Shown: in pieces, positions 47,511-58,575 of the stretch
Layout of the letters: each line of letters starts with the position of its first letter
Position numbering within the stretch: the first letter of the stretch is position 1
Assembly: GCA_043228905.1 (NCBI GenBank)
Contig: JBHGNT010000003.1
Coordinates: 14,756,001 to 14,820,000, forward strand
Reading direction: 5' to 3'
Length of the DNA: 64,000 bases
Source: Azolla caroliniana
Taxonomy: Eukaryota > Plantae > Polypodiophyta
Position numbers and translations under genes: made by a program
Notes under the pieces: generated by a model
Seen by the model: only the letters and a program-made list of their open reading frames with translations
Told to the model about the DNA's origin: nothing
Database searches by the model: none

Positions 47511-49740
47511 GTTGCACACTATGTGAAAATTATATTTTTGTCCCTCCGGATAGAGAATGGAGTGCTCGGTGAGAACCGGAAGAAAACGGCATACCGGCAA
47601 GGAGGAAAACGGCATACCGTCAAGGAAGAAACGGCATACCGGCAAGGAAGAGCCGGATAAAGAGACATAAATGTAAAAAGAAAGGAAATACTCACTACTG
47701 CGCAAGGCGTGATTCGAACTCTGCACCTCCACGTTGACAAACCCCAACCTTACCATTACATTAAATTATCTTAAGTGTTTTAAATATAGATTTAATATGT
47801 ATAAGACCTTTATTTATGCATACCTTTATTAAAAGGTAAATCGTGTATTTCTTTAATATATGAAAAAGAAAAAAACACGAGACACTAAAAATAACTCATG
47901 CACATCTAGCGTGCATGAGCCCTATACTTAGGAAATAAAAAAGCATCACATGCACATTTAGTGGACATGAACACTTTTTGTAAAAAAAAAGCATGAAGCC
48001 ATGCTTAGCTCTTCCTTCCTTATATAAGGAGGAGAGAAATATGTAAAGAGTTGTTGATTATTTGGATTAAGTATTAATTAATACAAAAATTATTCGTGGG
48101 ATTCACGATTTATACGTCTACTTCTCTCTTAACACCCTAAGTACCAATTAATATAGTATACTCGTGTGATTCACGAGTTTCTTATCTTTCTCTTCGTTAT
48201 TTATTCATAATTAATCTCTATCTCACGAACTTCTTTCTCCTAGTCCAAGACCTCTGTGGTTCCCACCCGACTCACGCAACGATCCGGAGCCGAAAGGCAC
48301 GACACCGCTAGCGTCGGCTGAATAGTTCGAGAACCATTCAATGTTGGGGGTCACGTGAAATGTGGCGCCAAAGTCTAGTAGCCTCGTGTGTGCAACTTGT
48401 GCACTATAGAGGACTTCTTCGATCATTGAGTCCTCTAAAGAGAGAATTTCTCTAGATCGAGTGTCGGAAATGTTGATCTGGTTGCCGACTGGAGAGTGGT
48501 CTAAGTTGGAACGTCCCCGATTCTGCTCGAATCGCCGACCACTCTCTTTTCTTTTTATTGACCAGCAATCGGAAACATTGTGGCCAGCTTTCCTGCAGTG
48601 TGTGCAGTACTCACTTGTTCGGTCCATTTTCGACTTCGACCGCTGTCAGTCACCCCTTGTTTTCGATCGGCTGTAGCGTCGATCGGTTTTGTCGGCTTGT
48701 TCTTTCATTTGACTCTGTAGGTCGAATGACTCAATCGAGTGATGGGCTTCTGCCGACTCATCGATGGTTAGTCCCATCGATTTTCGCCTGATGTGCTTTG
48801 TGAGGACTTGGCCGATTGTTTCGTCCAAGTTTAGGATCGGTAGGCTATTGGCATATGTCGTGCAGAATACCTCCCAACTCGCCGGCAAGCTCAACAGGAG
48901 GCCAAGGGCTTTCACTTCTTCTTCGAAGTTGATCCCTTGTGACGAGAGCTTAGACAACACCCGACTGAAGGTGTTGATGTGGGAGGTTGTAGGATCGGTC
49001 TCTCTCATCTTCATGTTGAACAGTTGTTTGATAAGATCAGTTTCGATGATGAGGACTTCTATTCATAAACGGCTTGTAGCTTCTCCCACAATGAGAACGC
49101 TGTCATCTCTTTCCCCATGCTGAAGTAGACGTTTTCGGCTAGGTGCATTCGGATGGTGGATTGTGCTATTTCGTCCACTAATCTCCACTCTTCTGCTGTC
49201 ATCGAAGTAGGATTTTCATTGTGCCGAATGGCTTCAACCTGTCTTCGGATGATCATGACATCCTGCATCATCTCCTTCCATAGGGCAAATTTTTTGCCAT
49301 CAAACTTTCTGATTTCAACACCTGTTCCGGATGTTGAAGCCATATTCCTTTTATGAAAGTAAGATTTCTAACTTGACCTTTTCCTCTCAGCTTCTTCTGT
49401 TGTCTGTTGCCGCCGTGCAGCAAGGTCGCTCTGATACCAGTTGTTGATGTATGTATATGTATACGTATGCGGAAAATGTTTGCAGACCTGTTCCCTTATG
49501 CATAGAAAACAACACAGACAGAAAATACAGTGAATTGAGACTTAGACAGTAGATCGAGCTTTAATGGAAAGCTTCTTATTACTTCGTTCTCTCTCAGAGA
49601 TACAATACTCTTCTCGTCATCACTCATTTCAATGTTAGGTATTTGCTTATATACTAAGCCCTAACTTATTCACGAGTTCACACTCGGACGGATACAATTT
49701 GGAAGGCATCGGCCTTTTATGCCAACACTTATGAGATTAC

Positions 49741-51953
49741 CTGTACCAGAAAATAAGTCGAGCAATCGATTAATCAATCTCTAGGGTTTTTGATATGAGT
49801 TTACAAGACTTTTGTCGCCATACACATGGCACCATTTCTTCGATACAGCGGGGCACATGATATAGTTGACGACGTTCCACTCATTCACATGTGCCCAAGC
49901 CTTCTTCTTAGAAGTGCCGTCATAATATCCCACGCACAAATGCTCCACAACACTCACCATTCAATCACCCGGGGTATGAGTTATGTTCGTTTTAACCCTA
50001 TTTTGTAATTGAATTGAGAGAACAACTCGACCAATCGATTAATCAATCTCTAGGGCTTTTGATAAGGGTTTACAAGACTTTTGTCGCCATACACATGGCG
50101 CAATTTCTTCGTTACAACGGGGCACATGATATAGTTGACGACGTTCTGCTCATTCACATGTGCCCGGGCCTTCTTCTTAGAAGTGCCGTCATAATATCCC
50201 ACGCACAAATACTCCACAACGCTCACCATTCGATCACCCGGGGTATGAGTTATGTTCATTTTAACCCTATTTTGTAATTGAATTGAGAGAACAACTCGAC
50301 CAATCGATTAATCAATCTCTAGGGCTTTTGATATGGGTTTACAAGACTTTTGTCGCCATACACATAACGCAATTTCTTCGTTACAGCGGGGCACATGATA
50401 TAGTTGACGATGTTCCGCTCATTCACATGTGCCCGGGCCTTCTTCTTAGAAGTGGTGTCATAATATCCCACGCACAAATGCTCCACAACGCTCACCATTC
50501 GATCACCCGGGGTATGAGTTATGTTTGTTTTAACCCTATTTTGTAATTGAATTGAAACAAGTTAATATATATGTAGTAAGCACCATAGAATCCATATATT
50601 AAATATATAATAACATAAAGCTTACCAATGCATGTGTTCGGTAGCATGGCATCTCGACTTCAATGCAGTAGTGACCGATAAAGCCTGACCCATACTATGA
50701 AATATAACGATTCGCCATAATGGAGCCAGGGTCAGCTCTGCAAAGTCTTTCACCATCTTCACTATTTGTGGATATTTGTATGGTGCGTCGTCGTATGTAG
50801 AGCCTGATATTAGGAATCCATACGAAATATCTGCAATGAGCAATGTATAATGTCTCTTGGGCAATATGTCAAGCATATTGTAACCAACATCACCATTATA
50901 AACACTATAGTACAATTGTCGAAAAGGATCAGCCTTGTGCAAAAAACTTTTCATAGTATCTAAGTCCTCAAGCACCTCGAGCTCCTTTCCTTTTGTCATT
51001 TGTTTCTCATATTTTGCTCGTTCCAAATGGGTGATGAAGGCGCTTGGTATGCCTTCATTGTTGTCACCCATTTTCTTTGAGCGAGGTGGTTTCTGTAATT
51101 ATACATTTTGTAAGAAGATGCCCATTATCCTAAAATCAATTAATATTTGTAAAACATACATATACCCATTCTCTAAACACAATGAAGAATTCTTCAAGAG
51201 CCTTGTATGATGATGTTTTTGGGCACGATTGCTCCACCTCTTCCCACGTAGACAGGGATAATTTTTTCATCATCAGCTCTTGTATCTTCATATAAACCTT
51301 ATGGCTAAAAATAGAAAGAAAGTAAGGTTAGAATAAAGAGCAAATCAACAAATCAATACAATGAAAATAAATCATCACATAGATTACTCACTTTTGAAAC
51401 TCTGTGACCATTTCATCAAGGCTAAACTCCTTGGTGGCCACTCTTGATAATACAGATATTAATAATATATCATCTTTTATTCCTTACAATGACCACCAAG
51501 GAAGCAGCTTCATATCCTCGGCGAATTCTTCAATTACTAAGTCACTTTTACGCGACTTAGACTTTATCTTCACTTGTGGGTCGAGCTTAGCCTTCTTTCG
51601 TCTTTGACCCTTTATTTCTTTTTGCTCCCACATACTAAAAATTCAATCTTGGAGGTCCCACACCTCCCCTGTTCTCAACACAAGTTGAAACCACAAGTCA
51701 TATTACCTCAGGCCTTCAAACTTGGTGCTTTTGTCAATTGTTATCCCCACTTCAAGCAGACATTATCGTCGCAATCCAGGATGCAACCTAGGACCAAATT
51801 TTGCAACGCATCAAGGTACTCATGATGGAAGAACCTGATGCATTCAATACATGACATCTTCTTTCTATAGTCATTGTCCTTGTTATGATCCCAAGCTAGC
51901 AACTTGGCTTCTTCATGTGTAAGGTCGGCGTACACTTTACATTCTGCATATTT
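49741..51953 (-). pseudogene. Cargo gene middle part (inverted): ParB-like remainder and beta-class DNA amino-methyltransferase motifs III-IV...X-I
   Basis: Exons ~51953-51392 (KYAECKVYADLTHEEAKLLAWDHN..RKKMS), 51304-51166, 51092-50626 (VYNGDVGYNMLDILPKRHYTLLIADISYG), 50535-49741 (WVKTN..VEHLCVGYY..NPYQKP*RLINRL..LDLFSGT|G), all GT-AG. Confidence 0.85.
49759..50554. repeat. Tandem triplication of a 269-bp unit (splice acceptor plus MTase exon)
   Basis: cga(c/g)caatcgattaatcaatctctaggg recurs at 49759, 50028 and 50297. Confidence 0.95.
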
Positions 51954-51954
51954 G

Positions 51955-54323
51955 CAACAAGTTCTATCGTCGAACTCGAAGACAAAGTCTTCAAAGACAT
52001 AGCCGAATCGACAAGGATCGATAAAGGCAAAGTCACTAAGAGACAAGTCAGAAAAGAGTTGACGACAACCACAAGGGAGGACAACCAAACACCACCGAAA
52101 TCCCAAACCGGGGGCGGGACACCTAACAAGACTCCTGACACAACTGGTTCAACAAATACTGATTGAAGGATCCGAACCAGATATTACGGCACCCAGGAGA
52201 TCTGGACGAGCTCGAAGACAAACCGAGTTTTATTAACGGGGCCTCGATTATGTCAACTACACGGATGCAGGTGAACCAAGCACGTATGAAGAAGCTATGG
52301 CTGCACCGGACGCCAAAACATGGCTAGAATCCATGAAATCCGAAATGGACTCGATTCATCAGAATCAGACATGGGAGTTGGTCGAACTACCAGTTGGAAG
52401 GAAGCCGCTACCTTGCAAATGGGTTTTCCGATACGTGTATGTATCCAACTCAGAGAAACCCAAGTACAAAGCTCGACTTTTCGCGAAAGGATTGAAACAG
52501 GAATACGGGGTCGACTACGAAGAGATATTCTCACCAGTAGTCAAGTTGACCACCCTTTGACTCCTATTAGGAGTTGTGGCAACAGAAGATCTAGAGCTCA
52601 AGTAGATGGGTGTAAAGACGACATTCCTACACGGAGATCTGGAAGAAGACATATACATGTCTCAACCGGCAGGCTTCACGGTGACGGGGGAGGATAGTCA
52701 CCTCGTATGTCGACTGAAGAAAATTCTATATGGCTTAACACAAGTGCCGAGAATGTCGTACTAGAAGTTTGAATCCTACATACGGTAACTTGGATACAAC
52801 AGAACAGACTTCGACCCATGCATGTATGTTCGGCAATTGGCCGACGAGTCAAGGATCTATCTGATCCTATACGTCGACGACATGTTGATTGCAGGGAGCA
52901 ATCAAGCAGAGATCGGTAAGCTGAAGCGGAGCCTTCACACAAAGTTTGCGATGAAGGAACTCGGACAAGCCCAACACATATTGGGCATGAGGATAGAGTG
53001 AAATCGAACGACCAAAACTCTCTGACTCTCCCAGTCCGAATACATCCACAAGGTGTTGAAGCACTTCAACATGGAGAATGTGAAGCCAACACCGACACCA
53101 CTTCCGACGTCGATCAGACTATCGGATAGAGACTCTCCTGCAATGGACAGGGAGAGAGAGCTTAATGGAAAGATACCCTACGCATCGGCAGTAGGAAGTA
53201 TCATGTACGCAATGGTGGCGACCCGACCCGACCTAGCCTATGCCGTAGGGGTGGTGAGCCAGTACATGTCAAACCTAGGAAAGCAACATTGGGAGGCCAT
53301 CAAGCACAACCTTAGGTATCTAAAAGGAACCACGGATGCACAACTGACTTTCAAACTGACAACCTCAGTCGAAGTCGAAGGCTACACCGATTCTAACTAT
53401 GCCGGGAACACGGACAATCGGAAATCGACATCAGGCTACATCTTCACCTATGGTGGCAGTGCGATATCATGGACGTTGAAACTTCAAGAGTGCACGACTC
53501 TATCTACCATAGAAGCCGAGTACATAGTAGCATCGAAAGCAGCGAAGGAAGCAATCTGGCTACACCGACTGTCTCCCGACTTCGGAACTGCAAACTGAAA
53601 CGACCGGCCAGCGCCGACCATCTATTTCGACTCTCATAGTGCAATACACCTCATCAATAATCCTGTCTATCATGTGAAGATGAAGCACATTGAGGTGCGG
53701 TATCATCATATCTGAGAGCTCGTAAACGAAAAGAAACTCGAAGTCCGGAAGATTGACACTGAGGTGAACATCGCCAATTGCCTGACGAAGCCACTCCCAG
53801 ATCAACGCTTCGGAACACTAAGGACGAAGATAGGGCTACGACAAGCGACTGAGCAGAAGAAAGTTGAACGAGGAGCAGAAGGTAAGAGTTGACCGACACT
53901 AATACTATACCTCTGCTGACTCGGCTACTTGCCGACAGACTTGTAACATAAAATCTAGTTAAATTTGTAATCTAGGTTTACGGGGAGATAACCCCAAGCA
54001 TTTGCATATGTACAAAAGAGTAGTCCTTTTACGGGGGAGTTTGTTGGCATAAAAGGCCGACTCCTTCCAAATTTTATCCGTCCGAGTGTGAACTCGTTAA
54101 TAAGTTAGGGCTTAGTATATAAGCGAATACCTAACATTGCAATGAGTGATGACGAGAAGAGTATTGTATCTCTGAGAGAGAAAGAAGCAATAAGAAGCTT
54201 TCCATTAAAGCTCGATCTACTGTCTAAGTCTCCATTCACTGTATTTTCTGTGTGTGTTGTTTTCTATGCATAAGCAGGTCCGCAAATGTTTTCCGCATAC
54301 GTATACATATACATACATCAACA
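51955..54323 (+). mobile_element. Ty1/Copia element, 3' half (RT, RNase H, PPT, 3' LTR), degenerate
   Basis: [52 protein letters not shown]; PPT 54031-54040; LTR 54042-54323 is the reverse complement of 49442-49727; TSD ATAAG. Confidence 0.93.
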
Positions 54324-54407
54324 ATAAGTCTAATCAATTTTTCTTAAAATAAAATAGAATTTCTTGTCTTTGTTTTCTTACTTTTGCATGTGTGATTGTT
54401 TGTTTAG

Positions 54408-54754
54408 GAACAACGATTGCGTGCGCTCTTAAATTGTTCAGGAACTGCGTCACATTAGAGAAGGACCCCGAGTGAGTCAATTTTATTAAGATGAGGATCG
54501 AAGGCATCTGGGATTGTCCCGACTAGGACCAAGAGGTTGGGGCAAAGCATATCAATGAAACTAAGATGTTTCAGGTGACCTCCAAAGAGCCAATGGAACC
54601 TATAGACGAAGAAGGAGGGGACCTTGTCGACCTTGAAGATGCACTAGGGTCTGATCAAATACAAGATTTAGCTGAGGAGACAGAACATGTAGATGCAACA
54701 CAATTGTTAGTTGATCTTGGAGAGCAGCCTGTTCCAGACCTCCTAATGGGGTGA
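54408..54754 (+). pseudogene. Cargo gene last exon: MTase motif I end and motif II, plus acidic tail
   Basis: After tttag acceptor reads (G)TTIACALKLFRNCVTLEKDPE*VNFIKMRI...MFQVTSKEPMEPIDEEGGD...MG*; in phase with FSGT G| at 49741. Confidence 0.85.
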
Positions 54755-55559
54755 TTGTATAATACTTTGTGTTTGTAACTAAAAACTTGTAACCCTAAAC
54801 TTGTTTTGTAATATAAGATTTTTTTGTTTGAGTACCACTTCTTTACACTATTCGATTGGTGTCTCGAAATTTAAGGGTCTATTATTTGTTTGCAAAGGTT
54901 GACTCGTAAAGTATGTGGTTAAGTATAATTTTCATTTATAGAAGATGATGACCTATCCATAGTTTGACAAATGTTGGTTCTAATTGTTTCTTGATTAATA
55001 TAATTGAATTTAGCTTTATTGTATGATCTATGTTGTCTTTAATCTTGGTTATTGAGTTTCTAGTAAACACAATAATATTAAGTCAACTTGTTGCTCACTT
55101 GATAATACATTCACGTTGTTCATATATGATTGGGATATAATGTTCATGGTAGTTTTTGGGCATGTGTGGTATATCATGTGATATTCATTTGTAGCCATGT
55201 TTCTAATTATATTAAAAAATGCTATTTACTAATTCAATATAACAATCTTTATAGGATTTAGAGACAAATATAACAACAAAATTGCATTTCTAAATTTGTT
55301 AAGTTGGATTCAAATTCAACATTATGTACAATGAAGAATATTACAATTATGGTGGGGATGCATTCCAGTAATCTAACCTAAGAGTCGGATAACTTTGTGT
55401 ATGACTTGAGAAAATATAGGTTAAATTTGAAATCTTGATAATATTAACTGTATTTTTTAGTGATGCTTTAAAATGTCGTGTGCGCATGCGTGATACATTC
55501 TTGAAAGTTTGTTAAAAAATAGTAATTCTTGACATCTCATGTATTTATCAATAAAGGAA

Positions 55560-55592
55560 TGTGACATATTACCTGTTCTAAATGACCCGGTG
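55560..55592 (-). repeat. Right terminal inverted repeat
   Basis: tgtgacatattacctgttctaaatgacccggtg followed by ttaa. Confidence 0.85.
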
Positions 55593-55697
55593 TTAAATAG
55601 TGTTGCTCAATCAATCAACCTTCTTTATTTCCTCTTATAGTTTATCTATGTGGCATTTTGCCTAATTGCCAACAATGTTTCTAGTGTCAAGGGACAA

Positions 55698-56300
55698 TGT
55701 TACGGGCATGACCATATAATATCCCGTGGTAAGATTGTATCGTAGTATTCTATACATGTGGATAAAGTGTGAGGGTTAACCGAGAGTGTAAAGAAGGCAA
55801 TGATTATGTTGAGAATCAAGCTAAACCTAACATTGTGTGTGAACACACCCTTTGAGAATCTATGAGCACTCAAAGGTCAAAAGTCACACCACGACTCTCT
55901 ACACATTAACTATGTGTCATAGAATCATATTCTATGACACATAACTAGTGAGTTGCATATTCCCCATTACTAATGAGTCTTCACATTCCCCAAGAGAGAG
56001 TGGTTGTTGTAGTGAGTTAATGAAGAGAGAGGGTGGCCTTATATAAAGCACCCTCCTCCTACTTCATAGAGTGTCAGTTGTGACTCCTTGTGTTTTCCGC
56101 TCATCTCTTTCCTCTCATCACTTCATCTTGTGTTTTCTCTTCTCTCTTCTCTTTCCTCTCACACATACACATAACACACATCTCTTTCGCTGCACAAGAA
56201 TTATATCCGATTCTTTACATGGTATCAGAGCGGTTTGGTAGCTCGATTTAGCCCATCTGCATGTGGTGTTCTACGCCGACGTTTGAGAAGAACTGGTCCA
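55698..56300 (+). mobile_element. 5' LTR (55698-56219) and iMet PBS of a truncated LTR element
   Basis: TGTTAC...TTTACA directly followed by tggtatcagagc; TATA-like tatataaa at ~56040. Confidence 0.75.
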
Positions 56301-56307
56301 TCGCTAT

Positions 56308-57100
56308 TGTAGTGACACTACATAGCTCGTGTTTGAGAGAAAAGGAAAACTACGACAAAGCACAGATGACGATGCTATGACTGATAAGGTTACAAACGTG
56401 GAACTCGACATGATGGGGATAGAAACTCGAGAAGTTGGGAGTGATGAGATGAGGAACTTAAGATGCTAGGAACAATACAAGAGCATAAAGACATAGATGT
56501 AAATCAAGGAGAGAAGACGGGGCTAAACAAGAATACTAGATTGATGTGTCAGTGACTAGTGTTGAATCCCTTGAAAGGGACCAAGGAGGTTACAAGTATT
56601 TATACTGTGAGTTGAAGTACATGCATTAGAATATTTGGGAGAATATTCTAGAACCCTCTAGAACCTTCTAGTTCTAGAACTTTCTAAAACCTCTTAGAAC
56701 TTGAAATAGATAATCTACTAATAATCTACTAAGATTTACATAACATGACCATATATTTGGATATGTTGGTTAGAACACAACACTTGACTATATACAAGAG
56801 GTCAAGAGTTCAAATCTTGTCGTCATGTCTGGGACATTATCCTCCCCTTGACGACCGCCTTTTCGAAAGTGTGGTGTAGGGGTGAGCTGAAAGAGAAAAC
56901 CAAAGTATGTTGAGGTGTGAGTGACCATGAGCAGTCCTCACCAGAAATAGGAGCATGGGTGAACACGGGCAACCATGTGTGGTCCTCACCGGAGACTGGA
57001 CACCAACGTGAGCATGAGAAACCATGTTCGGTCCTCAACGGAGACTTGTGAGTGACCATGAGCAGTCCTCACCAGAAATAGGAGCACGGGTGAACGCGGG
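56308..57100 (-). mobile_element. 3' LTR (56308-56836), PPT and repeat-containing internal end of another LTR element
   Basis: Minus strand aaggggaggataa|TGTCCC...CACTACA; ~131-bp-period repeat gtgagtgaccatgagcagtcctcaccagaaatagg at ~56916 and ~57047. Confidence 0.65.
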
Positions 57101-57833
57101 TTCTTCTTCATTTTGTAAAAGGAAACCACCTCCACCGATCCGAAGTTTCTTCCGGGTCTCATCTGTGAAGGCATGTCCGATATCACGGACTTCTGAAGTG
57201 TGGGATCTCCCGAGACTTCTTTCCTCTTTTGCTCGCTATCGGCAGGTAACGGTCCCGCGACCGGTTTCACTTTCTTCTCCACAGTCTTGTATTTCGTACT
57301 TACCATTGCTTCTTCTTTGCGGAGCGCATCCAGCCCCATTTTCGCAATGATCTCGTACATCTCGATCAATTCCACTAGGACTACCCAGTCTCCTTGGCTT
57401 TTATCCTCCACAAGCTCTTCAAGCCGTTGTAGTGTGCTCCCATAGAACACTTCTTCGACTACCCCCACGATTTCTTCGTTTTCTTTTATTATTGATGCCG
57501 ACCGCAACTTATCCTCTACTTATCGGTATTCTTTCTTCTTTCCTCCGGTTATGGCCGTGTACGTAGATGCCCCATCCGGACCAATTCGTACTTGTTTTTC
57601 TCCGAGAGTTTTCTTCCTGTGTGGGGTATCAGGGCTTCTCGGACTATCACTTCCCCACTCCACTACAGTCCGCTCTAAAAATCCATCCTTGTTTGGGACA
57701 AGAGCTCTCTCTTGTTCCTTTCATGATTTGATGGCATAGTTAGGAATTGGACAGATTTCCCTCTGCTTTGGCTCCGAATTCGTGCGAAAGCCACATCTCT
57801 ATCGAGCACCTTTGTCTCCATACGTGAAGCCAT

Positions 57834-58575
57834 TGTCGTGAAGATTTCCAGCTATAGTGTGAAACCAGGGTGGAATAGGGCAAGTCGGTGGTGTGCAACA
57901 TGTGCTCATGTAGTAGTAGGAAACTGTGTATAGAAGAAGGGGGAGTATTTATCCCACATTGTAACGCCCTCCCCTCCTTGGTCTATAAAAGGAGGGAGGG
58001 GTCTCTTGTGAAAGGGGTTGCCCATTTTGAGTTAGGAGGGTATATCGTTAGATTTAGGGTTAGGTAGTTTCTCTTACTTCGTTCTAGGGTTTCATCTCGG
58101 TAGTTTCTTCTTCTCCTTCTTCGTCGTCGTGAGGGCTGAGAGTTCGTGTCTATTTAGGGTTTGTTTCCGGTCGGTCTCTTGTGCAAGACCCCGCTCGGCG
58201 CGACGAGCCCGAGAGCTCCCCGATCGGTGGCTTGGCAGCAGACCGCCGTTGTAACCTACCCTACCTTAGTCCGTCTCGAAGCCGGGGTTGTATTCTTTCC
58301 CTTGTAATATACATACTCATATCTATTTGTGCATATTGGTGTATTTGGTGGCGTCAGGAGCATGGCCCTTGTTTCCTGTGCATAAGAGTAGGTGTCACGC
58401 GCTTGTTCTCTCTTTCTCTCTCTTTCTCTCTCTCTCGCTCTCTCTCTTTCTCTCTCTCTCGTGTTCGGTTGCCTCCGGGACATGTCCGGAGTCGGTTTCT
58501 CGGCATCCCTTCCTCCCTCGTCCGAGACCCCCCTGGTCCCGCCCCTTCTATACGCACGCGCGTAATATCGTGACA
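57834..58575 (+). mobile_element. Solo LTR related to Gypsy A LTR
   Basis: TGTCGTGAAG...cgcacgcgcgtaatatcgTGACA; 4-bp TSD ccat/cctt; no internal domain. Confidence 0.82.

Larger units (their letters stand above)
41002..48304 (+). mobile_element. Intact Ty3/Gypsy element B (tRNA-Trp PBS, CCGC TSD) nested in the Copia protease region
   Basis: LTRs 41002-41830 and 47498-48304 near-identical; PBS tggtgaacccgacgtga 41835-41851; PPT 47486-47497; TSD ccgc at 40998-41001 and 48305-48308. Confidence 0.96.
39740..49727 (-). mobile_element. Ty1/Copia element, 5' half (LTR, PBS, gag, PR, integrase), inverted relative to its 3' half
   Basis: LTR 49442-49727, iMet PBS tggtatcagagc (49428-49439, minus), gag IRKFDGKKFALWK, CTHCRKAGHNVSDC, LLDFGATFH, LWHGRLGH, FWAEALQTAVYLINR, KCIFLGY. 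Confidence 0.93.
27345..55592 (-). mobile_element. Sola-like DDD DNA transposon (~7.5 kb net of insertions) with transposase and cargo ParB-methyltransferase gene
   Basis: 33-bp TIRs (28/33 identical) at 27345-27377 and 55560-55592, flanked by ATAA/TTAA; the two genes lie head-to-head between them. Confidence 0.82.

Noticed and set aside
49759-50554. 269-bp array as a CRISPR array, satellite, or the plus-strand 87-aa ORFs
   Set aside because: No spacers; the minus strand is a spliced MTase exon and the plus-strand ORFs are shadows
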